A stretch of 64,000 nucleotides of DNA from Octopus sinensis (Eukaryota): NCBI RefSeq assembly GCF_006345805.1, contig NC_043008.1:31992001-32056000 (forward strand), read 5' to 3'. Both the position numbers and the translations under genes were made by a program. Shown one piece after another: positions 1 to 11,034 of the stretch. Each line of letters opens with the position of its first letter. The stretch's first letter is position 1. The notes under the pieces are model-generated. The model was not told where the DNA came from. It did no database searches and saw only the letters and a list, made by a program, of their open reading frames with translations.

Positions 1-249
1 CTGATTTTGACCTACTTTTCCTTTGCAGTATACATTTAATATCAACGGGAGAAACATTGAAGGTCAAAAAATTTAGAAATCGGCAATCTCCATTACAATC
101 CTTACTTCCGTTATTTTCAAACAGAAACTGAAATTTAATTTTAAAATAATATTGAATTATCTCAAAACTTTTTTCATTAGCCTATCCCATATATACTAAA
201 ATTTTGGCTTGTTTTCGAATTTATTTCAACAACGGTTTTAAAATATGGA

Positions 250-592
250 CACATGTTTCCGGGTTCAGTCCCACTGCGTGGCACCTTGGGCATGTGTCTT
301 CTACTATAGCTTCGGGCCGACCAAAGCCATGTGAGTGGATTTGGTAGACGGAAACTGAAAGAAGCCCATTGAATATATATTTATAAGTATATGTTTGTGT
401 GTCTGTGTTTGTCCCCCAACATCAATTGACAACCGATGCTGGTGTGTTTACGTCCCCGTCACTTAGCGGTTCAGCAAGAGAGAGACCGATAGAATAAGTA
501 CTAGATTTACAAAGAATAAGTCCTGGCGTCGATTTGTTCGACTAAAGACGGTGCTCCAGCATGGCTGCAATCAAATGACTGCAACAAATAAA
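250..592 (+). mobile_element. tRNA-derived SINE, family A (5'-truncated); many further copies across the window
   Basis: Body GGTTCAGTCCCACTGCGTGGCACCTTGGGC..GTGTCTTCTACTATAGC..GGTAGACGGAAACTGAAAGAAGCCC..GAATAAGTACTAG..CTCCAGCATGGC recurs at about 19432-19800(-), 25870-26240(-), 33555-33730, 35535-35950(-), 39560-39880, 40775-40940, 45615-46000(-), 53444-53605, 54185-54670(-), 57178-57335 and 59468-59820. Confidence 0.85.
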
Positions 593-887
593 AGTAAAAT
601 TTCGAATCTGCAATTTGTTTCTGTTCATGATTTCAAAATAATTTTCATATGAAGAGGTGTGTGGTTTAGCTGTTGTTTCTTCACATCCCACGACTACCTG
701 GTACCTTGTTTCTTTGTCACTCTGGCATGTATTGATGTTTTCCAGTATTTTTATCCCTATGAGCACATGTTATGGAATGATGATGCACTCAAAGGATGGA
801 TTCAAGCATGATGATGCGCTCAAAGGTGGTGGTCCATTGTTGGGATATAAGCAACAACAAACAAATTATTTAAATCTTTAACCTCAG

Positions 888-889
<2 letters not shown>

Positions 890-920
<31 letters not shown>

Positions 921-1127
921 CCATGTGTGTGTGTGTATCCGTGTGTGTGTGTGTGTGTGTGTAAGAAAAACATATTTACTAACAGAAAAGTATGCTATTT
1001 AAATAAACTATTATTTACATGCCTTTTTAAAAGTCATTCAAAAGAGAGACGGAGAATGAGAGAGAAATGGGGAGAGAGGGAGAGTGAGAGAGAGGGGGAG
1101 TGAGAAAGATCAAGGAAGCGAGCGAGC

Positions 1128-1148
<21 letters not shown>
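890..1148. repeat. (GT)n and (GA)n microsatellites
   Basis: Visible directly: (GT)n at 890-962 and GA-rich/(GA)n at about 1040-1148. Confidence 0.95.
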
Positions 1149-1172
<24 letters not shown>

Positions 1173-1764
1173 TTTCTGTCGCAGTCACAGATTTTGAAAT
1201 TTTAAAATCAAGTGAAAATTTTGAAATTTGGCATACTGATTTACTTCTTCATAATGAATCCAAATTTGTAATTCATTTATTCCAGAGAGATTTTAGAAAA
1301 ATATTAGAGGTTTAAAGTTTGATCATTTTTACCCAATCAGAAAACAAGATTTCTATACGTGATAGGTGTGATAAAATGAAAGAAACATTAGAAGTTTTAA
1401 ACAAAATGAGTGTTATGCGTGAGAGTTAATACAAACACAAAGAGAGAGTATGTCAAAGAGTATGGTAAATATATATAGAGAGATAGCTTGATGGTAATCG
1501 ATAGAGAGTGAGAGAGTTGTCGATCTAGAAGTTAAGCTATTTCTTGTAGAAAATTATGTATTTTTATTATCATTCCATTTACGAACGACATTGTCTGCGG
1601 GACGCAGAATTCGAAAACCAAATTTTATCTTTCTCGAGAATGCACCGTTTCAGAGTTTTTGGGGGCAAAACACAGATCTCTTCTGTTTGGCTGCCAAGAT
1701 TTCAAAAATCAAAGTTTATTGAAAATTTTAAAATTTGGTACAATTATGTAGTTTTCAAAGCTGA

Positions 1765-1898
1765 ATTTTTTTTTTTCAAAATATGCAGAAAAATACGAAA
1801 ATAATGATTCTGAAAAAAATTTCCAAAAATTTTTGTAAAATTTCAATTTAAAAAGAAAAAAATACCCCTCCCCTCCCCTCACAGTGTACGGCTACTTT
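1765..1898 (+). repeat. About 130-bp module duplicated essentially identically at 2981-3116
   Basis: CAAAATATGCAGAAAAATACGAAAATAATGATTCTG...CCCCTCCCCTCCCCTCACAGTGTACGGCTACTTTT occurs at both positions, with a diverged third copy at about 3135-3262. Confidence 0.85.
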
Positions 1899-2540
1899 TG
1901 ACCTACAGATTTAAAAAATAATTTTTTGTAACTAAACACTTTCAAACTTCGGACACTGGTAAAATGTGTCATATAAAACATATTTTACTCTTAGCATTTT
2001 TGAGAAAAACTTATATTTACGAAGTAATTTCACATTAAAGTTGTCGTATTTCGGTAATTTCAACCAATCAATGATGTGTATTCAGCTGAATAAAATTATT
2101 GCCGTTGTTTGTCAACAACAACTATCGGCAGTGTATTTTTCGTTTGTCATTGTTATTTATGACATTGTTCGTGCGTTTGTACTGTTTTAAGGTTTTAGGG
2201 TTAGGGTTAGGGTTTTAAGGTTAAAGTTTTAGGGTTAGGGTTAGAGTTTTAGAGTTAGGGTTGTTATAAATAACAGTGACAAACGAAATATATACAGCCG
2301 GAAGTTCTTGTTGACAAACAATGGCAGTAATTTTATTCAGCTGAATACACGTCATTGATTGGTTGAAATTACCGAAATTCGATAACTTTAACGTGAAATA
2401 ACTTCGTAAATATAAGTTTTTGTCAAAAATGCTAAGAGTAAAATATGCTTTATATAACACATTCTACCAGTCTCCGAATTTTGAAAGTGTTTAGTTACTA
2501 AAATTATTTTTTAAATCTGCAGGTCAAAAGGTAAAGATCC
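1893..2540. mobile_element. Long-armed inverted-repeat MITE with a central (TTAGGG)n-like array; Merlin-like family
   Basis: About 1895-2160 is the imperfect reverse complement of about 2265-2525. The centre (2187-2262) is TTAGGG/TTTAGGG repeats. The right end is ...GGTAAAGATCC at 2540; the left terminus is truncated. Confidence 0.75.
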
Positions 2541-2798
2541 TGCTGCGGTTATTTCACACCTTTTCCACAAAAATTAAAGAAGTTATATGGGTTTAAAGTT
2601 TGATCATTTTCACCTAGTCAGGAAACAGGATTTGGAAGCTGTCATTTTGTGTGTGACTGCACCTTTTGTCAACATCCTAAAGAGCATTTGTAAACAAATG
2701 AATTACTCATGACATATAACCCCGCATAACTTATTTTATTTTTTGAAATTTTCAGAAAATTTTTGCGAATTTGTATTCTACACGCAGGCCTTGGCAAG

Positions 2799-3737
2799 AC
2801 TTCCGCACGCCACACCCAAATATCCCCCTTTTCTTTCTTTTTCCTTCATTTTTTTTTTACACAAACCCCTATTTTCCCCTAAAGAGAATACGTTTTTGTA
2901 AAAAAAAAAAATGGCACAAATCGGCATTTTGAAATCTCCCCCCCCCCCCTCAATCTCCTCGTTTCTGACATTTTTCAGTTTTTTTTTTTTTTTCAAAATA
3001 TGCAGAAAAATACGAAAATAATGATTCTGAAAAAAATTTCCAAAAATTTTTGTAAAATTTCAATTTAAAAAGAAAAAAATACCCCTCCCCTCCCCTCACA
3101 GTGTACGGCTACTTTTCCAAAAAAATTTTCTCTCAAAATATGCGGAAAAACACGGAGATTATGATTCCGAAAAAAATTTGCCAAAAATTTCAAAAAATTT
3201 TTGTAAAATTTCAATTTAAAAAGCCAAAAAAATCCCCTCCCCCTCCACTCGCAGTCTACGGCATAAACACGAAGTTTTGAAACCCTTTTCGCCTTTGCGC
3301 ATGCGTTGACTGCGACGCTAAAAGTGAAAGTTTGGGAGTGGTGTAGTGATGGGTGGGCGAAATGGGGGAAATAGTTTACGGAAATTTTTTTTTAATTTTC
3401 GGTTTTAAAATGCGGACAGCTCAATTCTCTCTTCTTTTTTTTACAGAAATCCCCGTTCAAAATTTCAAAATTTTAATTTCGCCCTCTCCCCTCCAATTTC
3501 TTCATTTTTGACTCTTTCTTTTTTTCGATACGGTTTTAGGTTTAGGGTTTTAGGGTTAATGTTAGGGAAAAAAGTAAAAATTGAAGAAGTTGGGGGAAAA
3601 AGGGGTGGGAATTTCACAATGCCGATTTTTGGCAATTTTCCGGAGCCTCCATATCCGAAAACGGGGATTTTTGGCAAAAAGAAAAAAATTACAAAAATAA
3701 GCAAATTTGGGAGAAAATGGTGGGGGGACGGGCGGAA
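2799..3737. mobile_element. Modular fold-back-type element with CTTCCGC...GCGGAAG termini
   Basis: Starts CTTCCGCACGCC and ends CGGGCGGAAG. Built from A/T-run modules that also occur inverted at 4640-5520. Contains TTAGGG-like units at 3533-3566. Confidence 0.5.
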
Positions 3738-3764
3738 GACTTTCCTTTGTTTCTTGGCGATAAC

Positions 3765-4383
3765 ATTTCAGAGAAATTTCCCGCAGTAAAAACTCAGCTA
3801 TACTCTGGGATCTTTTCGGTTTGACCGACAGTTTTTTAAAATAATTTCCACGTAGCTAAACACTTTTAAACTTCGTATACTGGTAGAATGTGTTTATAAA
3901 ACATCTTTTTCTCTTGGCTTTATTGAGAAAATTCTATAGCTTGTAACATATTTGTTGTTGTTTTTTCTTCAATTTCTGCAATTTTAACCAATCAGTGACG
4001 TCTATTGAGGTGAAAACATTCTGTGCCGTATGAATATGTCCCTCGTTTAAGAAACAGATTGGGTTTATTTACATTTCTGAAGAAAAAAAGATACCCTTCC
4101 CCCCACCCCTAACCTTAACCCTAACTCTAACTCTAACCCTAAAACAGATTGAAATGCAATAGATCGATACTAGGGTCATAATTATGGGTGATAATTTCAT
4201 ATGACACTGCTAGAAAAAGCTGTCGTTCAAACCGAAAAGATCCATACTCTGGCAAAAAGTGAAAATAAAATGTTCATTTTATATATATATGTGTGTGTGT
4301 TTGTGTGTGTATGTATGTATATTTATATTTTGTCACACAGTATATATAACACCTGTTTTTACCGCGGGAAATTTCTCTGAAAT
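3765..4383. mobile_element. Outer MITE with about 29-bp inverted ends, interrupted by the 3808-4243 MITE
   Basis: ATTTCAGAGAAATTTCCCGCAGTAAAAAC (3765-3793) versus GTTTTTACCGCGGGAAATTTCTCTGAAAT (4355-4383), one mismatch. Confidence 0.65.
3808..4243. mobile_element. Complete non-autonomous DNA transposon (Merlin-like) with an internal (CCCTAA)n array
   Basis: TIRs GGATCTTTTCGGTTTGA / TCAAACCGAAAAGATCC. Perfect 8-bp TSD ATACTCTG (3800-3807 and 4244-4251). CCCTAA-like repeats at 4107-4142. GG termini with an 8-9-bp TSD are the established Merlin signature. Confidence 0.8.
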
Positions 4384-4454
4384 TTTATCGCCAAGAAACA
4401 AATCCGACCAGTTTGGAATTTTTGTCGAAACTCATCCCCACCCCTACGAATAGC

Positions 4455-5518
4455 TTCCGCACCCCAACCCCCCAAATGCGATATAATCCGCGTCTATGAA
4501 TCGTATGGAAAAAAAATTAACAAAAAAATTATGCGAAAAAGAGTTTGTGTGAGATTTGGCTCCTATTTCTAGCACGTGAATAGACTGCTTACCGGCTGCT
4601 TATTTAACGTACGGATGCGCCCAGTTTTGATTTCAAAGTATTTAAAAAACTTATTTGGAAATCAAAGAGAAAGTAACGACGCATTTTAAAACCGAAAATA
4701 AAATAACAAAATTTCCAAAAACTTTTCCCCCCGTGTCGCGCACCCATCAACGAAGTTTCACTTTTAGCATCGCTGTCAACGCATGCGCAATGGCGAAAAG
4801 GGTTTCAAAACTTCGTATTTATGCCGTAGACTGTGATGGGAGGGGAGGGGTAATGTTTTTTTTTTCTTTTTAAATTGGAATTTTACAAAATCTCTGCATT
4901 TTCCCGCATATTTTGAAAAAAGAAAATTTCTGAAAAATATTCAAAAATGAAGAAATTGGAGGGGAGGGAGAGAAATTGAAATTTTAAAATGCCGAGTTTT
5001 GCCAATTTTTTTGGTTTTCAGATTCGTAATCTCCGTACTCGAAAACGGGGATTTCTGTAAAAAAAAATGACAGAATCGGGCCGTCCGCATTTTAAAACCG
5101 AAAATTAAAAAAAAAAAATTTCCGAAAACCTTTTCCCCCATGTCGTCCACCCATCACCACACCACTTCCAGAGTTTCACTTTCAGCGTCGCATTCAACGC
5201 ATGCGCAATGGCGAAAAGGGTTTCAAAACTTCGTGTTTATGCCGTAGACGAGGAGGGGAGGGGTATTTTTTTTCTTTTTCAGTTTTTAGTTGAAATTTTA
5301 CAAAAATTTTTGGAAATTTTTTCAGAATTATAATCTCCGTATTTTTCCGCATATTTTAAAAAAAGATTCTGAAAAAGTAAAAAAAATGAAGAATTTAGGG
5401 GAGAGGGAGGGGAAAATTTTTAAATGCCGATTTTTGGCATTTTCCCGGAATTTCCGTAGCCGAAAACTTGGGGTTTTGGCCAAAAAAATTCGGAGATATT
5501 GGGAGGGTGGAGGCAGAA
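4455..5518. mobile_element. Second modular fold-back-type element (CTTCCGC...GCAGAAG)
   Basis: 5081-5250 is the near reverse complement of 3265-3420, and 4680-4870 is a second copy of the same module. Termini resemble those of 2799-3737. Confidence 0.5.
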
Positions 5519-5929
5519 GTCTTTCCCGAGCCTTCATACGATTATGGGTGCGTGATTTCAGGCCTATTTAGCTGCTATTTTTAGCACACCTCACAACCAT
5601 CTTAGTGACAAAATAACGAGTAAACAACACGCATTTTGTAGTTTTAAGTATTCAGTATGCATTTAATGCGATAAACAGCACGTTACAAATTAAATATTTC
5701 TCAAAATAAGAAACTTATAGTAAAAATTTAAAAGATTTATCCAAAAACAAAATAGCACATTACAAATTAGATATTTCAAAAAAGCAAACAACTCAACAAT
5801 CTAAAGACTGCTCATACTTTCCTAACATAGCTGTTATAATCGACAGTTGTGCAATGGCTCATCCCCAGTTCAACACATAACCGGACTGAAGACAATTCCT
5901 TAACCCATGAGAAAAGGAAAAGCACTACA

Positions 5930-6196
5930 CACTGGCTCGGGAGCGAAATTTGCTTTGGGGGTGCAAACCCAGGACCCAAGTTTTTTAACAAAGTTTTTAT
6001 TGTTTTTATTTATTTATTTTTGTTATTTGTTCTTTGAGAAGAAACCTAACTTGAAGCTACTTTTTATAGATCTCTTTTTACGCACTGTTTTCTAAACCTG
6101 AGGAAAGCAAGTAGGGATGCAAATGTTGATTTTGCACCCAACGAAAATTTTAGGAGGTGCACATGCATCCCTACACCCTCTGTTCCCGGGCCCATG
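5930..6196. mobile_element. hAT-like MITE
   Basis: Imperfect TIRs CACTGGCTCGGGA / TTCCCGGGCCCATG. Flanks GCACTACA (5922-5929) and ACACTACA (6197-6204) match at 7/8 as an 8-bp TSD. Confidence 0.45.
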
Positions 6197-6333
6197 ACAC
6201 TACAGTCCTAAGAGAAATGGTGCCACCTTCGAACTATGTATCTTTCCTCATTGACCCACTCCGTGCTTCCTTGGCGCGTGCATCACCAATACATATTCCC
6301 ACCACGTTTTCTTGTACTCATAAAATACTTCTT

Positions 6334-6580
6334 GGATCTTTTCTTTTTGAACGGCAGTTTTCAACACAATTTCTAGTTAACTAAACACTTTAAAACTTCG
6401 GATACTGATAGAATGTGTCAAAATAAAACATTTTTTTCTCTTGGCTTTCTTGAGAAAATTGTAATTTGTAAGTTTAACGTAGTTTAATTTTTCGAATTGA
6501 GCTAAAATCATTTGCTGCGTCTAAAACTGAGACAACATCCTGTCACTAACCCTAACCCTACCCTAGCCCTAACCCTAAAT
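6334..6580. mobile_element. Left half of the GGATCTTTTC telomeric-repeat MITE family
   Basis: Starts GGATCTTTTC and shares AACTAAACACTT..AAACTTCG..TACTG.TAGAATGTGT with the 3808 copy. Ends in CCCTAA repeats at 6547-6577. Confidence 0.7.
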
Positions 6581-6733
6581 TTTAGCTTTTCGTTTTTTTT
6601 CTTAATTGTTAAATTAATTTAATTGTTACGCGTGTGTCTAAAATTATTCGTTTTGTTTTTGTTTTGAGTTTTTGCTTTCGTTTTTTTTTTCTTAATTGTT
6701 AAATTAATTTAAGGATAACAATTAAGAAAAAAA

Positions 6734-6765
<32 letters not shown>

Positions 6766-6869
6766 CTGTGTGTGTGTGTGTCTGTGTGTGTGTGTGTGTG
6801 TGTGTCTGTGTGTCTGTGTGAATTTAGGACAACTAAATAAAAATTGCTTAGAAAAATCGTGTAACATTG

Positions 6870-7620
6870 TTCAGACATAATATACGAGTTCAGTATAAAA
6901 GAAAATACCTGAGGATCAGCTAAATGTGCAAATATCCGTTTGAGAAACGTCTGGTGACATAATTTTGATTTATTGTAGTTTCAATATAAAACGAATGCTA
7001 AATTTAATTCTAGCCTTATGTATTTTGTAACGAAAACAATACGACAATATCACTTTACTCTGAAGTATAAATTCTTGCCGGCGGTTTGAATTTCCGACAA
7101 CTGTCAAAAAATTTTATTCTCCAATTACTAATTCGTTATAATAATTTTTTCTCTGCTAATTGGTTTTAGCATTTTTCTTAAAAGCCTTTGTATCTGCTGA
7201 AGTATCGTTTGGTAATTTTCTATATACAACTCATAAAGAGAGGTTGCAGTCCGAAACCGTTTGACTGTGTTATATGAGCTAGCACGTTTCAAGAGTCGAC
7301 AAACATATCTCGGTGACTGACACAACAGAATCATTAAACCTGACATTAGTTTAATTGTAAAATCGGTAGTTGACCGAACAAATGACCAATCCATTAGCAA
7401 TTCTTTGATTGACGACTGATACTAGAGTAGCAGCTCAGCGATCTTGTTACTTTCCAATAAAATACGTCTTTGAGAAGTGATTCTCAAACCTTGCACTTCG
7501 CTATTACAAAGAGTAACAAGTTAAGTAAACAGATATGACTGCTAGCTCTGATGAGCGCAAGGTTACATAATCAGACCGTTATCTAACATCCAGTGCGAAA
7601 CCGATTGGTAATCGCTGACT
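6870..7620 (+). mobile_element. Decayed Penelope-like retroelement 3' end (GIY-YIG remnant plus pseudo-LTR)
   Basis: Broken + strand frames read DIIYEFS..KYLR and ILAGGLNFRQLS, weakly resembling a PLE GIY-YIG domain. Hammerhead-type motifs follow (degenerate near 7235-7265, intact core at 7548-7610). Confidence 0.4.
7541..7617 (+). ncRNA. Type I hammerhead ribozyme core; stem I imperfect
   Basis: CTGATGA (7548-7554). Stem II GCGC/GTGC closes an internal hairpin GTTA-C-ATAAT/GTTAT-C-TAAC. GAAA at 7597-7600. Stem III CC-GATT-GG. Cleavage triplet GUA at 7608-7610. Stem I forms only with a 2-nt bulge. Confidence 0.5.
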
Positions 7621-8073
7621 AAATCAACAACCACACTTTACCTAAATGTATGAATGAATAACTACAACCACCCCGTTCTTAAAAACACAATGCTACACTA
7701 GTTGTCAACCTCACTGGGATACCCTTCGGCCATTGAATCCCGCTTAAAGTGAGAAAAATACCAGTTTGAGTCTCTCAATAAGTATCGCTCCACGTGGTAT
7801 GAAAATGCAAAAAAAAAAAAAAAAAAAGAAAACCTGCGCCTATCTACATTGGTGTTCCTAACCCTGGCATTGATGCTTTCTGCACACTATCGGTTGTTTC
7901 ATTAGTCATTCAAAAAAAATACACACCTACTGTGTCAGAATTTAAGCTCATATTCATGACTGTACAACTGCAATAAGTATACCAGCCAGACCCAGTGAAC
8001 TGCACAACAGAATCTGCGACTCCACACCAAGTAATAAGTAATGGCTTCATTTAAATCTATTTATTTCCCAAAC

Positions 8074-8446
8074 CCGGCGAAATGCTTAGCAGTATTTCGT
8101 CTGCCGCTACGTTCTGAGTTCAAATTCCGCCGAGGTCAACTTTGCCTTTCATCCTTTCGGGGTCGATTAAATAAGTACCAGTTACTGGGGTCGATATAAT
8201 CGACTTAATCCGTTTGTCTGTCCTTGTCTGTCCTTGCTTGTCCTCTCTGTGTTTAGCCCCTTTTGGGTAGTAAAGAAATAGGTATTTCGTCTGTCCTCAC
8301 GTTCTGAGTTCAAATTCGGCCGAGGTCAACTTTATCTTTCATTCTTTCGGGGTCGATAAAGTAAGTATCAGTTGCGTACTGGGGTTGATCTCATGGACTG
8401 GCCCCCTCTCCCAAAATTTCGGGCCTTGTGCCTAGAGTAGAAAAGA
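8074..8446 (+). mobile_element. Two tandem SINE family B copies
   Basis: ACGTTCTGAGTTCAAATTC(C/G)GCCGAGGTCAACTTT..CTTTCAT.CTTTCGGGGTCGAT occurs twice. Other copies: 12890-13200(-, two), 18870-19070, 20515-20697, 24825-25028, 53015-53195(-), 61372-61587 and 62640-63030. Confidence 0.85.
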
Positions 8447-8639
8447 AAAGAAGATCTATTTATTTCTGTGTTTGAGCGTATGTGCGCCAAACCACGTGTG
8501 TGTGTGCGCGCGCTTGTATGTACGTGTGTATTTGTACGAGCGAGTGTACGTGCGCCAGACCACGTTTCTGTAGGCGTTTGTACACCCATATCTACTAACA
8601 GTTATATCTAATACTTTTTTCACTGTATTGTATATTTGT

Positions 8640-8930
8640 TTCTCTTTGTATCTGATATTTGTCATGGATCTTCTACAAGTATAAAGCTGTATACCTTAAT
8701 TTGCCATTTAGATATACAAAGACTAAGAAAAGAATCTTGCGAAACAGCTTATGTTAACGGGATACTTCTTGAAATTACCCGAGTAGACATATCTACACCG
8801 ACAGATACACATAAACCAGATATTCAGTATCCCACCCGCGGGCGATGCTTGATGGGTCGAAACAATTGTGGTAATCAATAAAGATTCTTGTATCTTCCAT
8901 CTTCCGTCTCTAACGAACACTAAACCAGTG
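8640..8930 (+). mobile_element. Possible Penelope-like 3' end with a decayed minimal hammerhead
   Basis: GCGATGCTTGATGGGTCGAAACAATTGTGG (8842-8871) is followed by AATAAA, the layout typical of PLE pseudo-LTRs. The upstream frame DIQRLRKESCETAYVN is only weakly EN-like. Confidence 0.3.
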
Positions 8931-9136
8931 AACGTGCTTTACAGGCAAACTAACAGTTGTATGCTATAAGATTTTTTAACTATCAATATGTATGTATGTA
9001 TGCATGTATACGAATAAACATTTATATAAGTAGTATTACTGTTAGTAGTAAATAAATAACAGTAATAATAATATTAGTGGCCAGCAAGTATTAAAGCCAA
9101 ATGGGCAAATCCATAACTTCTATAATTAATTAATAA

Positions 9137-10740
9137 CACTGGGCAACAAAATTCGAACATTTTGCTGTCCCACGAACTAAAGAAAGTGAACTTTATAGTG
9201 CCTTTAACGCAGATTTCGAATCTGTTTTTAGACTTTTTCTATCAGGCATGGTTTTTATGTGACAGAATAATTAAATTAGACAACCAATCTACTATATTAA
9301 TGCAGAAATAAGGCTGACAATTATAACTGGTCAACAGAATTAATGAAAAGTTCTGTCCCACAAACAAAAGTAGGTGAACTTAATAGCATTTTATCTGCAG
9401 AATTCAAGTGTTTTCAGATTTTTTTCTATAAGTCATAGTTTTTCTGTGATAGCATATGTAATTTGTTAAACAACTGTATTTCATGGATTCAAAAATCAGG
9501 CTGATATTACAAGGAAACTTACTTTTAAAATTGTGGAGGCGTATGATCTTCGACTGTATTTAGAATGTATTAGAGCTCCACTTTCCTTGGTTCCGGATGT
9601 CCATGTTCAGAATGTCCTGGTGAAACCTCTTGCCGTGCTTGTCACTGATAGCCCCAAGATTTGCAAGGAAAAAGTCCAAGTGATAGTTCAATAAATGAAT
9701 TTTTAGGCTCATATTGCATCCCAAGGCCTTTTATGATGTCAGTAGCTCTTTCACTATATCAGAATAGTTCTCTGCTCTGTGATTCCCCACAACACTTTCG
9801 GTAAACTTTCTTAAATGACAGCCACGTAGCTTTTTCAACATCATTGAGCTCTTCGTCAAACTTTTGGTCTCTTACCAGCTCTCTAATACCAACAAAAATA
9901 CCTTCCTTGATTTTTGCGTCACTTACTCGTGGAAATTTAGTTTTCAAATACGTGAATCCCTTGCAAGTTATATCCATACCTTTGACGAAATTCTTCATCA
10001 ACCTTAGCTTAATATGCAAAGGAAGCAGATAAATTTTCTCAGAATCAACAAGGGGAGGATTGATGACATTCATTTGTTCAGGAGTCAGAGATGTTTCGGC
10101 CACACACTCTTTTGATAATGATTTTTCTTCTCCCGCCAGTCCCACTCACAGAGAAAGCAACAAAACTTGGTGTAACCCAGCTACATTCCAAGTCAAAGTG
10201 CCACAACCTTAAGGTCACCACAAATATTCCCCTTTTGTTCCTCATACTTAATTTTTTGCTAAAGAAACTTCATACTTTCATATGCTTCCTTCATGTTAGC
10301 AGCATGGGCCAGAGTAACAGAAGGAAACTTATTTCCATTGTGGAGTAAAACTGCTTTCAAGCTTACTTTTGAGGAGTCAATAAACAAACGCTACTCATTC
10401 ATGCTGTATTTGTGGTTAAGTTCCTCCATAACAGAATATACATCATTACAAAATACCACACCATCATCAAGTGAGAAAAAATTTGCAAAATCACAATGCC
10501 AAGAACGATTAAAACTAACTTTGGTCTCTTTCTGGAGTAGATGACAGCCCTTTAACAAGGAACTAAGACGTTCAGCTTGCTTTTTCGACAAGTTTAAATC
10601 CCTCGCAATTTCATTCAGATCTCCCTGACTCAACAAATGTGGTTCACTTGAAGAACAGTTAGGTACAAAGTCAATGTCTTCTGTTTCTTTCTCAACATCT
10701 TCATCAGTTGGGACGTCTTTGATCATATCTGTTCAATCAG
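9137..10740 (-). mobile_element. Chapaev (CMC superfamily, Chapaev3-like) transposon, frameshifted and 5'-truncated
   Basis: Motifs PHLLSQGDLNEIARDLNLSKKQAE, LPLHIKLRLMKNFVK and LGCNMSLKIHLLNYHLDFFLANLGAISDKHGKRFHQDI occur across broken frames (ORFs 10391-10726 and 9759-10145). The terminus CACTGGGCAACAAA at 9137 is preceded by TAA. Confidence 0.85.
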
Positions 10741-11034
10741 ATCCAACTCGGAACTAAACAACAAGTAACGAAAGGAACAAGACGGGGCAACGTGTCCATT
10801 CCGTCTTTCTACCCAGTCATAATGGACTCTACGTGTATATCACAGAATAGAGGTCTTTCTATTTTGTATATTAAAAAAGTTTGGCTACTTTTTCTAGCAG
10901 GTCATTCAACCACATACAGGCTCCGTCGTTGGTCTGTCTCAGTAATAATTTTGTTGTTATTTAGCCTCAAATCAACCTTGATACAGCAAACCTATGTTGC
11001 TATAAAAACATCTCTGGTTATTAAAGAAGGGTTT

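Noticed and set aside
29-62. Acceptor-like site at the window start
   Set aside because: The following donor (GTCAAA) is poor and there is no upstream context to test.
2187-2262. TTAGGG arrays as a true telomere or fusion site
   Set aside because: Short, degenerate and embedded in a dispersed MITE family.
1765-5520. CRISPR-like repeat array
   Set aside because: No regular repeat-spacer periodicity and no cas genes; the context is eukaryotic.
7128-7400. 90-aa minus-strand ORF
   Set aside because: No convincing motif. The hammerhead and endonuclease-like remnants point to the + strand.
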